Shown: positions 1 to 13,670, counted from the first letter of the stretch. The stretch is DNA of 64,000 bases from Octopus sinensis (GCF_006345805.1 NC_043018.1:27218001-27282000); one strand, 5' to 3'. The notes: generated from the sequence alone by a model not told the origin. Numbers and translations: made by a program.

Positions 1-321
1 AATTGTTTTACCCCTCATCTCCCCTCCCATTGATCAAATTTCTATCTCTATTGACACTTTGTCTCATATTGATGAGATAAATGGCAGCTGATTTATTGAT
101 TGATTGATGATGATGATGATGGTGATGATGAATAAATAAATAAAATTTGTTATTTGTTAGATAACATTTATATCACACCTGGCTTTGTTCTTTTTTATTA
201 TATGCATTGGATGATATTTTTCCTGTTATAGATAATAATAATCATAATAGGCGCAGGAGTGGCTGTGTGGTAAGTAGCTCGCCTAATAATAATAATGATA
301 ATAATATTAATAATAATAATA

Positions 322-730
322 ATAGGAGCAGGAGTGGCTGTGTGGTAAGTAGCTTGCTTACCAACCACATGGTTCCGGGTTCAGTCCCATCGCGTGGCAC
401 CTTGGGCAAGTGTCTTCTACTATAGCCTCGGGCTGACCAAAGCCTTGTGAATGGATTTGGTAGACAGAAACTGAAAGAAGCCCATCGTATATATATATAT
501 ACATACACATACATATATGCGTGTGTGTATATGTTTGTGTGTCTGTGTCTGTCCCCCCAACATCGCTTGACAACCGATGCTGGTGTGTTTACGTCCTCGT
601 AACTTAGCGGTTCGGGAAGAGAGACCGATAGTATAAGTACTGGGCTTACAGAGAATAAGTCCTGGGGTCGATTTGCTCGACTAAAAGGCGGTGCTCCGGT
701 ATGGCCACAGTCAAATGACTGAAACAAATA
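322..730 (+). mobile_element. SINE family A, full length
   Basis: tRNA-like head (ggagtggctgtgtggtaag ... ggttcagtccc), CORE-like caccttgggcaagtg, internal (TA)/(TG) tract, tail ...cagcatggcc(g/a)cagtcaaatgactgaaac; roughly 28 full or partial copies in the window. Confidence 0.9.
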
Positions 731-1055
731 AGAGAATTTTAAAAAATAGTAAAACGAAGAAAATTACATATTTAAAAGTACAGGTTTCCTCAATTGAACG
801 AATTCACAGCAGAGTGGTGTAAGGGAGGTAACTCCAACTAAACACGCGAATTTTATTTTATTCGTGAACTTAGTTTGAATCGTGACTCTGCAATATTTAT
901 AAAATGCGTTATTCTTTAAGAAAGGCTTAACAAGTTCTTATTTTCTCTGTTATGCGCTCGGTGACCGATCTCTCTCGCTCTCTAGCGCTATATTTTAGTG
1001 TTTTTGCTTGATAAATTAAGTACGAGGAATAGGACTGTATCCGTAAGAGTGCGTG

Positions 1056-1630
1056 ATATATATATAGATATATATATATATATATATACACACACATATA
1101 TATATGTGTGTATATGTATATATATATAAATATACATATATATATACATACATACATATATAAATATATACATACATATATATATATATATATAAATATA
1201 TACATACATACATATATATATGTGTATATATATATGTATATATACATACATATATATTTATACATACATACATATATATGTATATATATATATATATACA
1301 TACATATAAATATATATATATTTATATATGTATGTGTGTGTCTATATATATATACATACATCTATATCTATATATACATACATATATATATATGTATGTG
1401 TGTGTATATATATATCTGTATACATACATCTATCTATCTATATATATATATATATATATACACACACATATATATACATACACACACACACACACATATA
1501 TATGTATATGTATATATACATACATATATATTAGGGAGTATATATATACATAAATATATATGTATATTTATGTATATATACATATATATGTATGTATGTG
1601 TGTGTGTGTCTGTGTGTGTATCTATGTGTA
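1056..1630. repeat. Compound (TA)n/(TACA)n/(TG)n microsatellite
   Basis: Directly visible; source of the Y/I/M/C-rich ORFs. Confidence 0.95.
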
Positions 1631-1644
1631 TGTATCTTTTTGTC

Positions 1645-1850
1645 CGCGTTTGTCCCTCACTACTGCATGACAACCAATGTTGGTGAGTTTACGTCTCCGT
1701 ACCTTAGCGGTTCAGCAAAATAGACCGATAGACCGATACCAGGCTTATATAAAAAAAATGCACTGGGGTTGATTAGATGGACTAAAATTATTCAGAGTTG
1801 TGCCCCAGCATGGCCTCAATCGAATGACAGAAACAAAAAACAATAAAAGA
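1645..1850 (+). mobile_element. SINE A 3' half, diverged
   Basis: gacaaccaatgttggtgagtttacg ... ccccagcatggcc. Confidence 0.65.
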
Positions 1851-1995
1851 ACAAAAGACAGTTATTAAATAAAAAAAAAAGTAAATATGAGAGCTAGTAA
1901 TTGTTTAAAAAATAAATATAAGGTACAATTGCAGCGTGGAAGCTATTTAAGAAACACACAAAAGCCGTTCGATTCACTTCAACATTTGAGTTTAA

Positions 1996-2046
1996 TTTGT
2001 CAAAATATTTTCGTCGCTTTAAGACCGCGACCTGTTCACTGACAAA
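1996..2046 (-). ncRNA. Minimal type-I hammerhead ribozyme-like motif, G3-C8 variant
   Basis: UUUGUCA GUGAACA G GUCGC-GGUCUUAAA-GCGAC GAAA AUAU U U UGACAAA: 7-bp stem I, 5-bp stem II, palindromic stem III. Confidence 0.6.
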
Positions 2047-2059
2047 AATCCGTGCTGCA

Positions 2060-2106
2060 TGTCAGTGAACAGGTCGCGGTCTTAAAGCGACGAAAATATT
2101 TTGACA
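2060..2106 (+). ncRNA. Minimal hammerhead-like motif, G3-C8 variant (inverted copy)
   Basis: Same core as 1996-2046, with a 5-bp stem I (UGUCA/UGACA). Confidence 0.55.
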
Positions 2107-2595
2107 AATCGAACGGCTTTTGTGTGTTTCTTAAATGGCTTACAAACACCTTCCATGCTGCAATTGTTTTCGTTTCAGCACACGATCTCAGATCAGGTCA
2201 CTTGCTATGCAAGTACATCTCCAAAATATAAAGGTAAATAACTCAGAAATATTTTAAAGGGAGATAAATCATCAACATTGTTTTTCAGATGTCTCCGTTC
2301 ATTGGTTCGTTTCCACAGCTCTAGTTTTAAAACTATATCGGCGGAATTCTTGTTTAAGCCCCTCATATAACCCCTCAAAACTTTTTTTATTATTTTTTGT
2401 TCGGAATTTTCAGAAAATTTTTGCGAATTTGTTAGGAAATGCTTACGATTATGAAAACAGACACTTTTTGTGTGATTTCAGGTCGATTTAGCTGTTGTTT
2501 TTAGCACATGTCACGATCACCTGATACATTCCTAATTTCTTTGCCCTTCTGACATGTACTGATCTTTTTCTATATAATAATAATAATCGGCAGAA

Positions 2596-2935
2596 GGCGG
2601 CGAGTTGGCAGAAACGTTAGCACGACGGGCGAAATGCGTAGTCGTATTTCCGCCGAGGTCGACTTCGCCTTTCATCCTTTCGGGGTCGATAAATAAAGTA
2701 CCAGTTGCGCACTGGGGTCGATGTAATCGACTTGATACCTTTGTCTGTCCTTGTTTGTACCCTCTATGTTTAGCCCCTTGTGGGTAGTAAAGAAATATAT
2801 AATGCCGGGCAAAATGCTTAGCAGCATTTCGCCGTCTTTAAGTTTTGAGTTCAAATTCTGCCGAAGTCTATATTACCATTCGTGCCTTCGAGATCGTTAA
2901 AATGATACCAGTTATGCACTCGGGATCGATGTAAT
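2596..2935 (+). mobile_element. SINE family B
   Basis: Head ggcggcgagttggcagaaacgttagc; body gtcgacttcgcctttcatcctttcggggtcgataaataaagtacc; a second partial unit follows. Confidence 0.8.
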
Positions 2936-2937
2936 AT

Positions 2938-3150
2938 GTTTGTATGTCTGTGTTTGTCCCCCCAACATCACTTGACAACCGATGCTGGTGTGTTTACGTC
3001 CTCGTAATCTAGCGGTTCGGCAAAAGAGACCGGTAGAATTAGTACTGGGCTTACAAAGAATAAGTCCTGGGGTCGATTTGCTCGACTAAAGGCGGTGCTC
3101 CAGCATGGCTACAGTCAAATGACTGAAACAAGTAAAAGAGTAAAAAGAGT
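2938..3150 (+). mobile_element. SINE A 3' half
   Basis: Near-consensus 3' half with gtaaaaga tail repeats. Confidence 0.85.
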
Positions 3151-3171
3151 ATACACACACACACGTATGAG

Positions 3172-3226
<55 letters not shown>

Positions 3227-3473
3227 GCGAGAGAGAGAGAGGGGGGGGGAAATAGATGGATATGTATTGTGTGTGTGTGAACGCGCGTTCAGATGTCCTC
3301 ACATAATCGAAGCTAGTCCCCCCCGCCCCCTCCTGTCTAATAAGCATGTAATACATCCGACAACGCCACCGCCACTGCCACCTCCATCAGTGGAATATAC
3401 CCAGTGGAATTTCCTTCTGTTCCTTCTAAAAGACAGCTGCTCCCTCTAATGCCAGACACGCGTCCGTTTCTCT

Positions 3474-3629
3474 CAACCAGATGGCAGCACCAATAGGGAG
3501 AAGATTAGCTGATCCTGCATAATTCCTAATCGGGATTATTGCTACAAAGAACATCTCCCTAATTTGGCCAGTGATCAAATAGGGTCAGATTTCTTGACCA
3601 ACCGTCGCCACTGACCGCTGTCACGTGAC
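3474..3629. promoter_or_regulatory. Candidate regulatory island: CTCF-like motif, CCAAT, palindromic E-box
   Basis: CAACCAGATGGCAGCA (3474-3489), CCAAT (3490-3494) and GTCACGTGAC (3620-3629) in non-repetitive DNA. Confidence 0.35.
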
Positions 3630-3943
3630 ATATTAATACCCAACCATGTGACACATCTTGATAATGGTTTCTAAAAATGTTTATTTAATATTTAATGATT
3701 ATTTCGTTATTTACATGATGTCTGCTGCTTTTAATTATTATTTATATATTCATTGTTATTATCATTATGGTTAGCAAGTCGGACGATAGACTGGTGATTA
3801 TTTTTTCCGGCTCTATGTTCTGAGTTCAAATTCTACCGAGGGTTGTTAAAATAAGTACCAGTTGAGTACTGGGTCCATGAATCGACTTACTACTCTCCTG
3901 AAATTGCTGGCATTGTGCCTCTAGTAGAAAGGATTTTTCTTCT

Positions 3944-4860
<917 letters not shown>

Positions 4861-5699
4861 AACAAGAAACGCCGTATCTTTTCAGCTGTTGGAAAATAAA
4901 CAAAGTGTGTTGAAGTGATCCTCTACAATGGCCGCCCAATGGACAAATAGCAGACGACAATTGACAAATAGCAGACGACACACGCACGCACGGACACACA
5001 CTCGCACGCACACACACTCGCACGCACACATACACAGACACACACATACAAACATGCGCGCGCGCACACACACAGACACACACACACACAGACACACACA
5101 TACAAGCATGCGTCGCGCACAACACAGACACAGACACAGACACAGACACACACGCACACGGAGGTGTACACGCAGACTTATACACATGCACACACTGGCG
5201 AAAGAGGAAAATCCTAGAGAGAAGATGGATTGCAGACGACGATATGTGCAAACAGAGACAGGCAGACAGGCATACAGATATACGTAGGTATATGTTTGTA
5301 TGTGTATGTGTGTGAGTGTGGGAAAGAGAGAGAGAGTGAATGTGTGCGTTTGTGTGTGTGTGTGGGGGGGAGAGTGTGTGTGCGTATATGTACATATATA
5401 TATATATATATAAATATATATTACATGTGTATATATGTATATATATATATATAAAGAGTAAGAGAGAGAGAAATGAAGAGAAAGTGAGAGAGAGAGGAAG
5501 ATAGGGAGACAGAGAACGAGAGAGAGAGAGATAAAGAGAAAAAGAGGAGAGACACAAAGAGAGAGAGAGAGAGATAAGAGAAAGAGAGGGGGGAGAGAGA
5601 GATAGCAGAATGGATCGATGTCTGAATGGACAGAGACGTAGTCATGTAGAATGACAGATAGACGGTTGTATACATAGATGGGTAGGTAGATAGGAAGAG

Positions 5700-5741
5700 A
5701 GACAGACAAACGGATAGATAGATAGATAGATAGACAGATAG

Positions 5742-5805
<64 letters not shown>

Positions 5806-5806
5806 G

Positions 5807-5853
<47 letters not shown>

Positions 5854-5920
5854 GGATAGATAGATAGATAGATAGAGAGATAGGCAGGTAGGTAGGTAGG
5901 TAGGTAGGTAGGTATGTAGG

Positions 5921-5975
<55 letters not shown>
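5700..5975. repeat. (GATA)n/(GGTA)n tetranucleotide array
   Basis: Directly visible. Confidence 0.95.
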
Positions 5976-6119
5976 GTGGGTAAATAGACAGATTCGGCCT
6001 CACGTTTCCGATCTTTCAACGAAATCTGGGGAATGAAACAAGAAAATTGTTAATAAGAATATTCAGAAGATGAAAAGAAAAGAAATGAAGCATTTGGTTG
6101 GAAGCATTTTTCTTTCTTC

Positions 6120-6499
6120 TATTCTTTTACTTGTTTCAGTCATTTGACTGCGGCCATGCTGGAGCAACGCCTTTAGTCGAGCAAATCGACCCCAGGACTT
6201 ATTCTTTGTAAGCCTAGTACTTATTCTATCGGTCGCTTTTGCCGAACCGCCAAGTTACAGGAACCTAAACACACTAGCATCGATTGCCAAGCAATGTTGG
6301 AGGGGAGACAAACACACACATATATTCATATATACGACGGGTTTCTTTTAGTTTCCTTCTACCAAATCCACTCACAAGGCTTTGGTCGGTCCGAGGCTAT
6401 AGTAGAAGACACTTGCCCAAGGTGCCACTCAGTGGGACTGAACCAGGAACCATGTGCTGGGCAAGCAATCTACTTACCCCACAGCCACTCCTGCGCCTG
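6120..6499 (-). mobile_element. SINE A, full length
   Basis: Reverse complement of family A, head to tail. Confidence 0.9.
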
Positions 6500-6608
6500 T
6501 GTGTGTCACAATGGAATGACATCACTGTTTTGTGGTGTAACTGCAAAGGAAAATCCATAAAAATAAGACGAAATAAATCGACTCAAAAGGAGCAAACTAA
6601 AATAATAC

Positions 6609-6658
<50 letters not shown>

Positions 6659-6959
6659 GCAATACAAGAAAAAAAAACATTAATTAGTGGTATGTTAGGC
6701 CACTCACAAAATATCCTTTACGCTCAGATATTAGAATATTAAAGAAAGCATAGAAGAAAATATGAATATAATTAAGAAAATGAGTTAATTGAACGCAGAT
6801 GAGAATAAATATTATAAACTTTGAAAACGCATTTTAAATTGATTTTTCAGACAGAAAGGAAAATATGATTAAAAAAATACAAACTATTGGACAGAATATA
6901 ACGTGGCACAGAAAAGAAATTGTTTAATGGAAAACAAAGGGAAACATGGGAATGAAAGC

Positions 6960-7442
6960 AAAAATATCAGAAACTTGTCTTTGAGTATTCTTCGGTGGTG
7001 ACGGGTCTGACTTTTGAAAATTACATAGCAAACGTTTCATTCCATGCGAACTGTTACTGCGACTGTCATTTCTTGAATTCAAGCTGTTCTTCTTGTGCCA
7101 AACTATTAACATCTTTCGCTTAAGCAGATGACCATTCCGCTGGTTTCTAGCGTTAGAACGCTTGTAAGAAGCCTCGAAAGACCAAGTTACACTGAAATTC
7201 TATTGCTATTTTCTCTTAATTTCCAGATATATTTAGAAAGCCAAGTTACAAATTTCCAGATTAGTTTGAACAACGAATATCCGTGTGTTTAAGATTCATT
7301 TATTGGCACTCCGATGTAAAATTTTGGTTGAGAGTCATTATCTAGTTTTCCCTTGGCACAGAAGACTATAAAACTGGTAAAGTAAGTTCCATTAAGTGGA
7401 CATGTAAGAGACTTCATACAATTACACGTACGCTCGGTGATG

Positions 7443-7445
<3 letters not shown>
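6960..7445 (-). mobile_element. Penelope-like element GIY-YIG endonuclease remnant
   Basis: TCNCMKSLTCPLNG...KFYIG...WLSKYIWKLREN...(frameshift) KKNSLNSRN...SHGMKRLLCNF matches the PLE pattern CNC..CPLxG..YIG..LSKYIWKLK..LNSRNE..CRH; has stops and frameshifts. Confidence 0.8.
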
Positions 7446-7504
<59 letters not shown>

Positions 7505-7609
7505 TGACAAATATTTTGTATTAAAGCAATGACGGTACAGCTGTTTACACTAAGAATAAGAAATTTAAATAGAATCTCTGTGAAAGTTCTTTTATGTATA
7601 ATATTAAAG

Positions 7610-7775
7610 AGAGAAAGGAATAGTTCTATGGCTGCTTCGAACAGTGGAAAACGCGTCTGGACCGATGCGTTGCTTCAATTTGGGAATACTTTGAAGGCGA
7701 TAAAAGTATAAACATGTAAAGCTAAGTGAATAAAACGACATTGCAAAATTACGGTAGCTTTTGGTTACCCCCTCG
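7610..7775 (+). mobile_element. mariner transposase C-terminus and right TIR
   Basis: FYGCFEQWKTRLDRCVASIWEYFEGDK is the typical mariner C-terminus; ends ...ccccctcg followed by TA. Confidence 0.6.
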
Positions 7776-7799
7776 TATACAGAGAGCGCGGAACTCCGA

Positions 7800-8300
7800 G
7801 TAGCAGCTCAATGCAGACTTAGTTTCAATATAGATACATCCATGATAACCATTTCCTCGTTCGCGAGTATAAAATGAAGATGCCGGTACGTCGAGCGATT
7901 CCTGTGAATGATGCTTTTCGAAGTGAGGAGAGGCCTTGCAAACAACCAACGCCACTCTCTGGACAATGATGGCAGATACTTCGAGCAACAGAGCTCGTCA
8001 TCATCATTTGCTGCCACCGAGTCGCAGGTTCAATATCAGAGTTTTCCTTCTCCTAGAGCAGCGATGTCTTGACAAGGACTTAGGGGTCTCTCGCACCCAG
8101 TAATGCAGTACACCATGCCAACATCCTCATTCTCATGCATCTCCGCACACTGAACCCGTTGTGCCTGTCCGTTGTTGGAAATGCGTCAATCCTCTGCACA
8201 GCCACTGTGTTTCCTGCACCGAGGTCACCGGTTTGCCGATGACCACTGCAAGGACTATCGCTGCCCATCAGAAATAGTAAGACCCAAAACTTGTGGACAC
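7800..8300 (-). mobile_element. Possible degenerate RTE-clade endonuclease fragment
   Basis: Broken frames give CTALL...DIAALGEGKL, loosely like RTE RTALIARELxxxxIDIAALSETRL; weak. Confidence 0.3.
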
Positions 8301-8307
8301 AATACTG

Positions 8308-8407
8308 NNNNNNNNNNNNNNNNNNNNNNNNNNNNNNNNNNNNNNNNNNNNNNNNNNNNNNNNNNNNNNNNNNNNNNNNNNNNNNNNNNNNNNNNNNNNN
8401 NNNNNNN
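8308..8407. other. Assembly gap (100 N)
   Basis: Exactly 100 N, typical of a placeholder gap of unknown size. Confidence 0.98.
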
Positions 8408-8616
8408 TAACATTAACTTAAGAATCACTGAATACCTTTCTGGCGAGTATCGCACATATTTTCACAACGAACAGTTTGATAGTAACTTCGAAGTCTCGGT
8501 TCAATAGCCTGGAAGATTTCGACGAAATCCAGTGTCGAAACCTCGCAACAACTTACAGCCTTCACTTTGTGTGAGTATGTGTGTGTGTTTGTGTATGTGT
8601 GTGTGCGTGTGTGCAT

Positions 8617-8810
8617 CTTTTACTTGTTTCAGCCATTAGACTGCGGCCATGCTGCAGCACCGCCTCTAAGAGCTTTTAGTTGAACGAATCGACCCTAGGA
8701 CTTATTCTTAAGCCTGGAACTCATTCTATCGGTGTCTTTTGCCAGCTGCTAAGTTACAGGGACGAGTGTCAAACGGTGGTGGACACAAACACAGACACAA
8801 AGGCACACAC
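8617..8810 (-). mobile_element. SINE A 3' half
   Basis: Reverse complement of the family A tail. Confidence 0.75.
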
Positions 8811-8838
8811 ACACACTTGCATTTATGCATGTGTGTGC

Positions 8839-8897
<59 letters not shown>

Positions 8898-8918
<21 letters not shown>

Positions 8919-8998
8919 TATGCCCTAATGCAGTACTAGGCAGTGGCTCTCATGGTTTCTGATCTTAACTGATTGGAAGTGTTATCATGTACATTGTG
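8898..8998 (+). mobile_element. Family F terminal fragment adjacent to (TAA)n
   Basis: gccctaatgcagtactaggcagtggctctcatgg... is the reverse complement of about 21320-21388. Confidence 0.7.
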
Positions 8999-9239
8999 GG
9001 GTTTAGATCACTGGTGATCTAAACGAATAGGTACGCTGGGTAAGTGCTATAGTTGGTGGACCGTTAGGCTCCAACATCAGAGCTAAGACTGGATCTAGGG
9101 ATCTGTGTTAGGGTTCCGTTATAGTACGTATATATCATATTAGAGGAAAACCAGAGCAGAACGAATATCGCAAGTCATTTAGAATAATTTATTTACGGTA
9201 AATTCACCTTAACCTAATTAAATTATTCTTAATTACTTG

Positions 9240-9301
<62 letters not shown>

Positions 9302-9800
9302 GATGGGCTTCTTTCAGTTTTCGTCTACCGAATCCATTTACAATGCTTTGGTCGGCCCGATGCTTTAGTAGAAGACACTTGCCCAAGGTGCCACGCAGTG
9401 GGACTGAACTCGGAATCATGTGGCTGGGAGGTCGGCTTCTTACCACACACACACACACACACATGTTTTGCATGCTGGTAACTCGGACCATGAGTAGAAT
9501 GAATCATTTAGTGAGCTCATTCGTGTACATGGGCGCACGTGTGTGTGTCTGTGTATGTGTGTATGTGTATGTGTGTGTGTGTGTGCGTGCATGCGTTGCG
9601 TGTGTGTGTGTGTATGTGTGTGTGTGTGTGTGGCGCGCACACACACACACACGTACCCAGTATAAACTCGAGCTATATACCTTATCACGTGCATTTATGT
9701 ACAAAGCAACTGCAGCAACAAGAAGACGAACAACAGATTGGCACTCTTAACTTTTTATCTTATCTAGTGAAGACAGACGAGTACGGGCTTGTCACATACG

Positions 9801-9858
<58 letters not shown>

Positions 9859-9904
9859 GTACCAGCATTGCACCTACCCAGGCACGCACGCACACGCACG
9901 CACG

Positions 9905-9954
<50 letters not shown>

Positions 9955-10288
9955 GAGAGAGAGAGATAGTCATGGCAGGAATGTCTTTGATCGTTGGCTT
10001 GAATAGACAGGCTAATAACAGGCCAAACAACAACAGTTCTCTTAAATAAAGAGCCTTTGCATGGTATGGCAACCCGATCGGAACGATTGCCTATCCCCTC
10101 GTGCAAAAGCGCCAGAATCTTCATCATCGTTATTACAAGGGCGATATGCTAGGCAAAATGCTTAGCGACGTTTCTTACGGATCTTAATGTTCTACGTTCA
10201 AATCCCGTTGAGATCAATTGTTACTTCTCGTCCTTTGGTGGGTGCTGTCTATAAAATAAAGTACCATTCACGTACTGGCGTCGACAGT

Positions 10289-10464
10289 ATAGGCGCAGGA
10301 GTGGCTGTGTGGTAAGTGGCTTGCTTACCAACCACATGGTTCCGGGTTCAGTCCCACTGCGTGGCACTTTGGGCAAGTGTCCTCTACTAAAGCCTTGGGT
10401 CGACCAAAGCCTTGTGAGTGGATTTGGTAGATAGAAACTGAAAGAAGTCTGTCGTATATACATG

Positions 10465-10511
<47 letters not shown>

Positions 10512-10765
10512 ATATATATAATATATATATATGTGTGTGTGTGTGTAGGTGTGTTTAAATTTTGTGTCTATGTTTGTCCCCCCCAACATCGCTTCACAAC
10601 CGATGCTGGTGTGTTTACGTCCCCGTAACTTAGCGGTTTGGCAAAAGAGACCGATAGAATAAGTACTAGGCTTACAAAGAATAAGTCCGTCCTGGGTTCG
10701 AATTGCTCGACTAAAGGCGTTGCTCCAGCATGGCCGCAATCAAATGACTGAAACAAATAAGTAAG
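10289..10765 (+). mobile_element. SINE A, full length
   Basis: Consensus head and tail with an expanded internal (TA)n. Confidence 0.92.
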
Positions 10766-11564
10766 GAGTATCGAACTAAGTGTTCCCTTCAAAAACTGCC
10801 AACCGCGTGCTTCGATCAGAAGCTATTACTATTATCCTTATAGGATGATAATGACGATGATGATGTTGATTTAAATGAGGAAGAATAGAGGTGTTGAAAA
10901 CAACGAGAATGGCGATGATATTTGCGAGCGAAAATAATGGGTGCGTGATTGCTACGCGCTGTACTTGATGATGATGATTATGCTGTTGATGATGATGATG
11001 ATGAACGAATAGGATGGCGATGATGATTATTATGGCAACGATGAAAATATAATGTGACTGATGACGTTGATAACGACGACAGAGTTGATCTTAATATCTT
11101 AAGAAAATCTTCAAGAAAGATTAGAGATAAAGAATGAGAATAAAGTTAAGAAAAAAGAAAGAAGGAAAAGAAGGAAGGAAGGAAGGAAGGAAGGAAAAGA
11201 GTGAAAAAAAAGATGACAAGTAAAAAGCAATGAAAACGACGACAATGACAAGGATAGACGAAACACTTTGATCCCACCCCCATAACCCATGTCCACCCCC
11301 CTCCACTCCACGCCAACCTTTGACCTCCCATAATATATCTAATTAGACTGTCAAACGTTTGACCCTCAGGCGATACCATACGTGTTCTGCCAAAGAAAAT
11401 GTATCGACATATGTTGCTATCGATTTCTGCCTTAAGGAGAAGGTTTATAGATAGATATATTGATGAGATTCAGTAATGCTCATTATCGCTTCTTTCTTTC
11501 TTTTTCTTTAGTAAAAAGCAAAAAAAAAAAACCCTTAAAATCTCTTTATCTTCTTTTTATCGTT

Positions 11565-11850
11565 TATCTTTTACCCATTTCAGTCATTAGACTGCGGCCA
11601 TGCTGGGGCACCGCCTTGAATTTTTTAAGACGAATCAATCGACCCCTGTGCTCATTATTTAAGTTTGGTACTTATTCTATCGGTCTTTCTTGAGTCCGAT
11701 AAGTTGCTGGAACGTAAACACACCCACACCGGTTGTCACACGCACATATATACGACGGGCTTCTTTCAGTTTCCGTCTGCCAAATCCACTCAGAAGGCTT
11801 TGGTCGGCCCGAGGCTCTAGTAGAAGACACTTTCCCCAAGGTACCACGGT
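11565..11850 (-). mobile_element. SINE A, 5'-truncated
   Basis: Reverse complement of family A body and tail. Confidence 0.8.
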
Positions 11851-11858
11851 ACAAAGGT

Positions 11859-11901
<43 letters not shown>

Positions 11902-12191
11902 TGTGAGTGAGAGTGGGAGAGAGAAACTACGTGTATACACGTATTTGTTTTGACAACTGGTGTTGATTGGGTTACCACCATAACCTAGCGACTCGACAAA
12001 AGAGCCCCGACAGAATAAGTACCGGACTTAAAACAAAAAAGGAAAAAAGTACTGAGATTGATTTGTGCTCCAGCATGGCCGCAGTCCAATGACTGAGATA
12101 AAGACTGAAAAAATAAAAAAGAAAACGAAACAAAAGAAAAGCGCGAGTGAAAAAAATAAAGATGGGCATACTAGATTATCTTTGATCACAT

Positions 12192-12685
<494 letters not shown>

Positions 12686-13254
12686 TATCTTCTTGATCTT
12701 TGCTGACTTTGAGCAAAATATCGACGACGATCGAAAATATTACAGACAAGTGTCCTAGTTTTCAGCCACGTAACTTTCTTATCTCCATTTAGTTTATATT
12801 TAAGACGTTTTGTAGTTAAAGGGAGTTTTCTTGAGTACTCGCTCTGTGGTTTGCCAGCTACTTCACTGATATACTCTTATCTGATGGACGTGTCATATCT
12901 ACCAGTGCACAAGTCCTGGAAAAAAGAAACAACGTACTGAGTAACAATGTCAGGCCTGTTGCTTCTTACGTGGCGGATAATACTCGTTGAAGTTGACTAA
13001 TATCACCAAAAGGACAGTGTTAAGAGCAGCAGTGAATGATGGTAGAATTTGTGAAAGCCAGATAAAACGGTTTTTGATAATATAGAAGTACCAGTCACAT
13101 ATTTATATCGATTTCACCGATTACATTCTACGTGTCATCCAAAGATTGTGACAATGTGCTAATGCAAAATAAAGACTAAAAATAAAATGCAGAAGAAAGA
13201 GAAACACATTTGCGTTTGTGCGTGTGCGTATACTAAAGCCGAAAACTGATTATT

Positions 13255-13327
<73 letters not shown>

Positions 13328-13444
13328 GATATATATTATGTGTGTGTGTATGTAATATATGTATGTATATATCTGTCTACTTTCATACTTATATACTTAC
13401 ATGCACACATACCACATACATACATACATACATACATACATACA

Positions 13445-13477
<33 letters not shown>

Positions 13478-13670
13478 TCTTTTATCCTTTTACTTGTTTC
13501 AGTCATTTGACTGCGGCATTGCTGGAGTACCGCCTTTAGTCGAGCAAATCGTCCCAGGCCTTATTCTTTGTGAACCTAGTACTTATTCTATCGCTTTCTT
13601 TTGCCGAACCGCTAGGTTACGGGGACGGGAGCACACCAGCATCGGTTGTCAAGCGATGCTGGGGAGAACA
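13478..13670 (-). mobile_element. SINE A 3' half
   Basis: Reverse complement of the family A tail. Confidence 0.8.

Larger units (their letters stand above)
1926..2166. repeat. Long inverted repeat of a probable Penelope-type terminal repeat
   Basis: Perfect 50-bp arms 1995-2044 / 2060-2109 with a 15-nt spacer; imperfect outer arms reach caattgcagc...gctgcaattg; same sequence recurs at 23570-23710. Confidence 0.85.

Noticed and set aside
207-727. Recurrent ORFs containing MVPGSVPLRGTLGKCLLL or RLPNPLTRLWSARGYSRRHLPKVP
   Set aside because: Translations of SINE A on either strand, repeated at many loci.
927-1686. Long Y/I/M/C/V-rich ORFs (also about 19000, 38000-38700 and 60300-61100)
   Set aside because: Translations of (TA)/(TG)/(CA) microsatellites.
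10030-10127. ALLHEG...AIVPIGLPYHA on the minus strand, resembling the CYP K-helix region
   Set aside because: Needs a frameshift, has no ExxR arginine, wrong spacing, no polypyrimidine acceptor and no similarity afterwards.
11330-11420. AEIDSNI on the minus strand (J-helix-like)
   Set aside because: No ExxR downstream; similarity limited to 4-5 residues.
12860-12920. Strong minus-strand acceptor followed by DLCTGRYDTS (I-helix-like)
   Set aside because: Lacks AG/GG before xDT and hits a stop after 12 codons.
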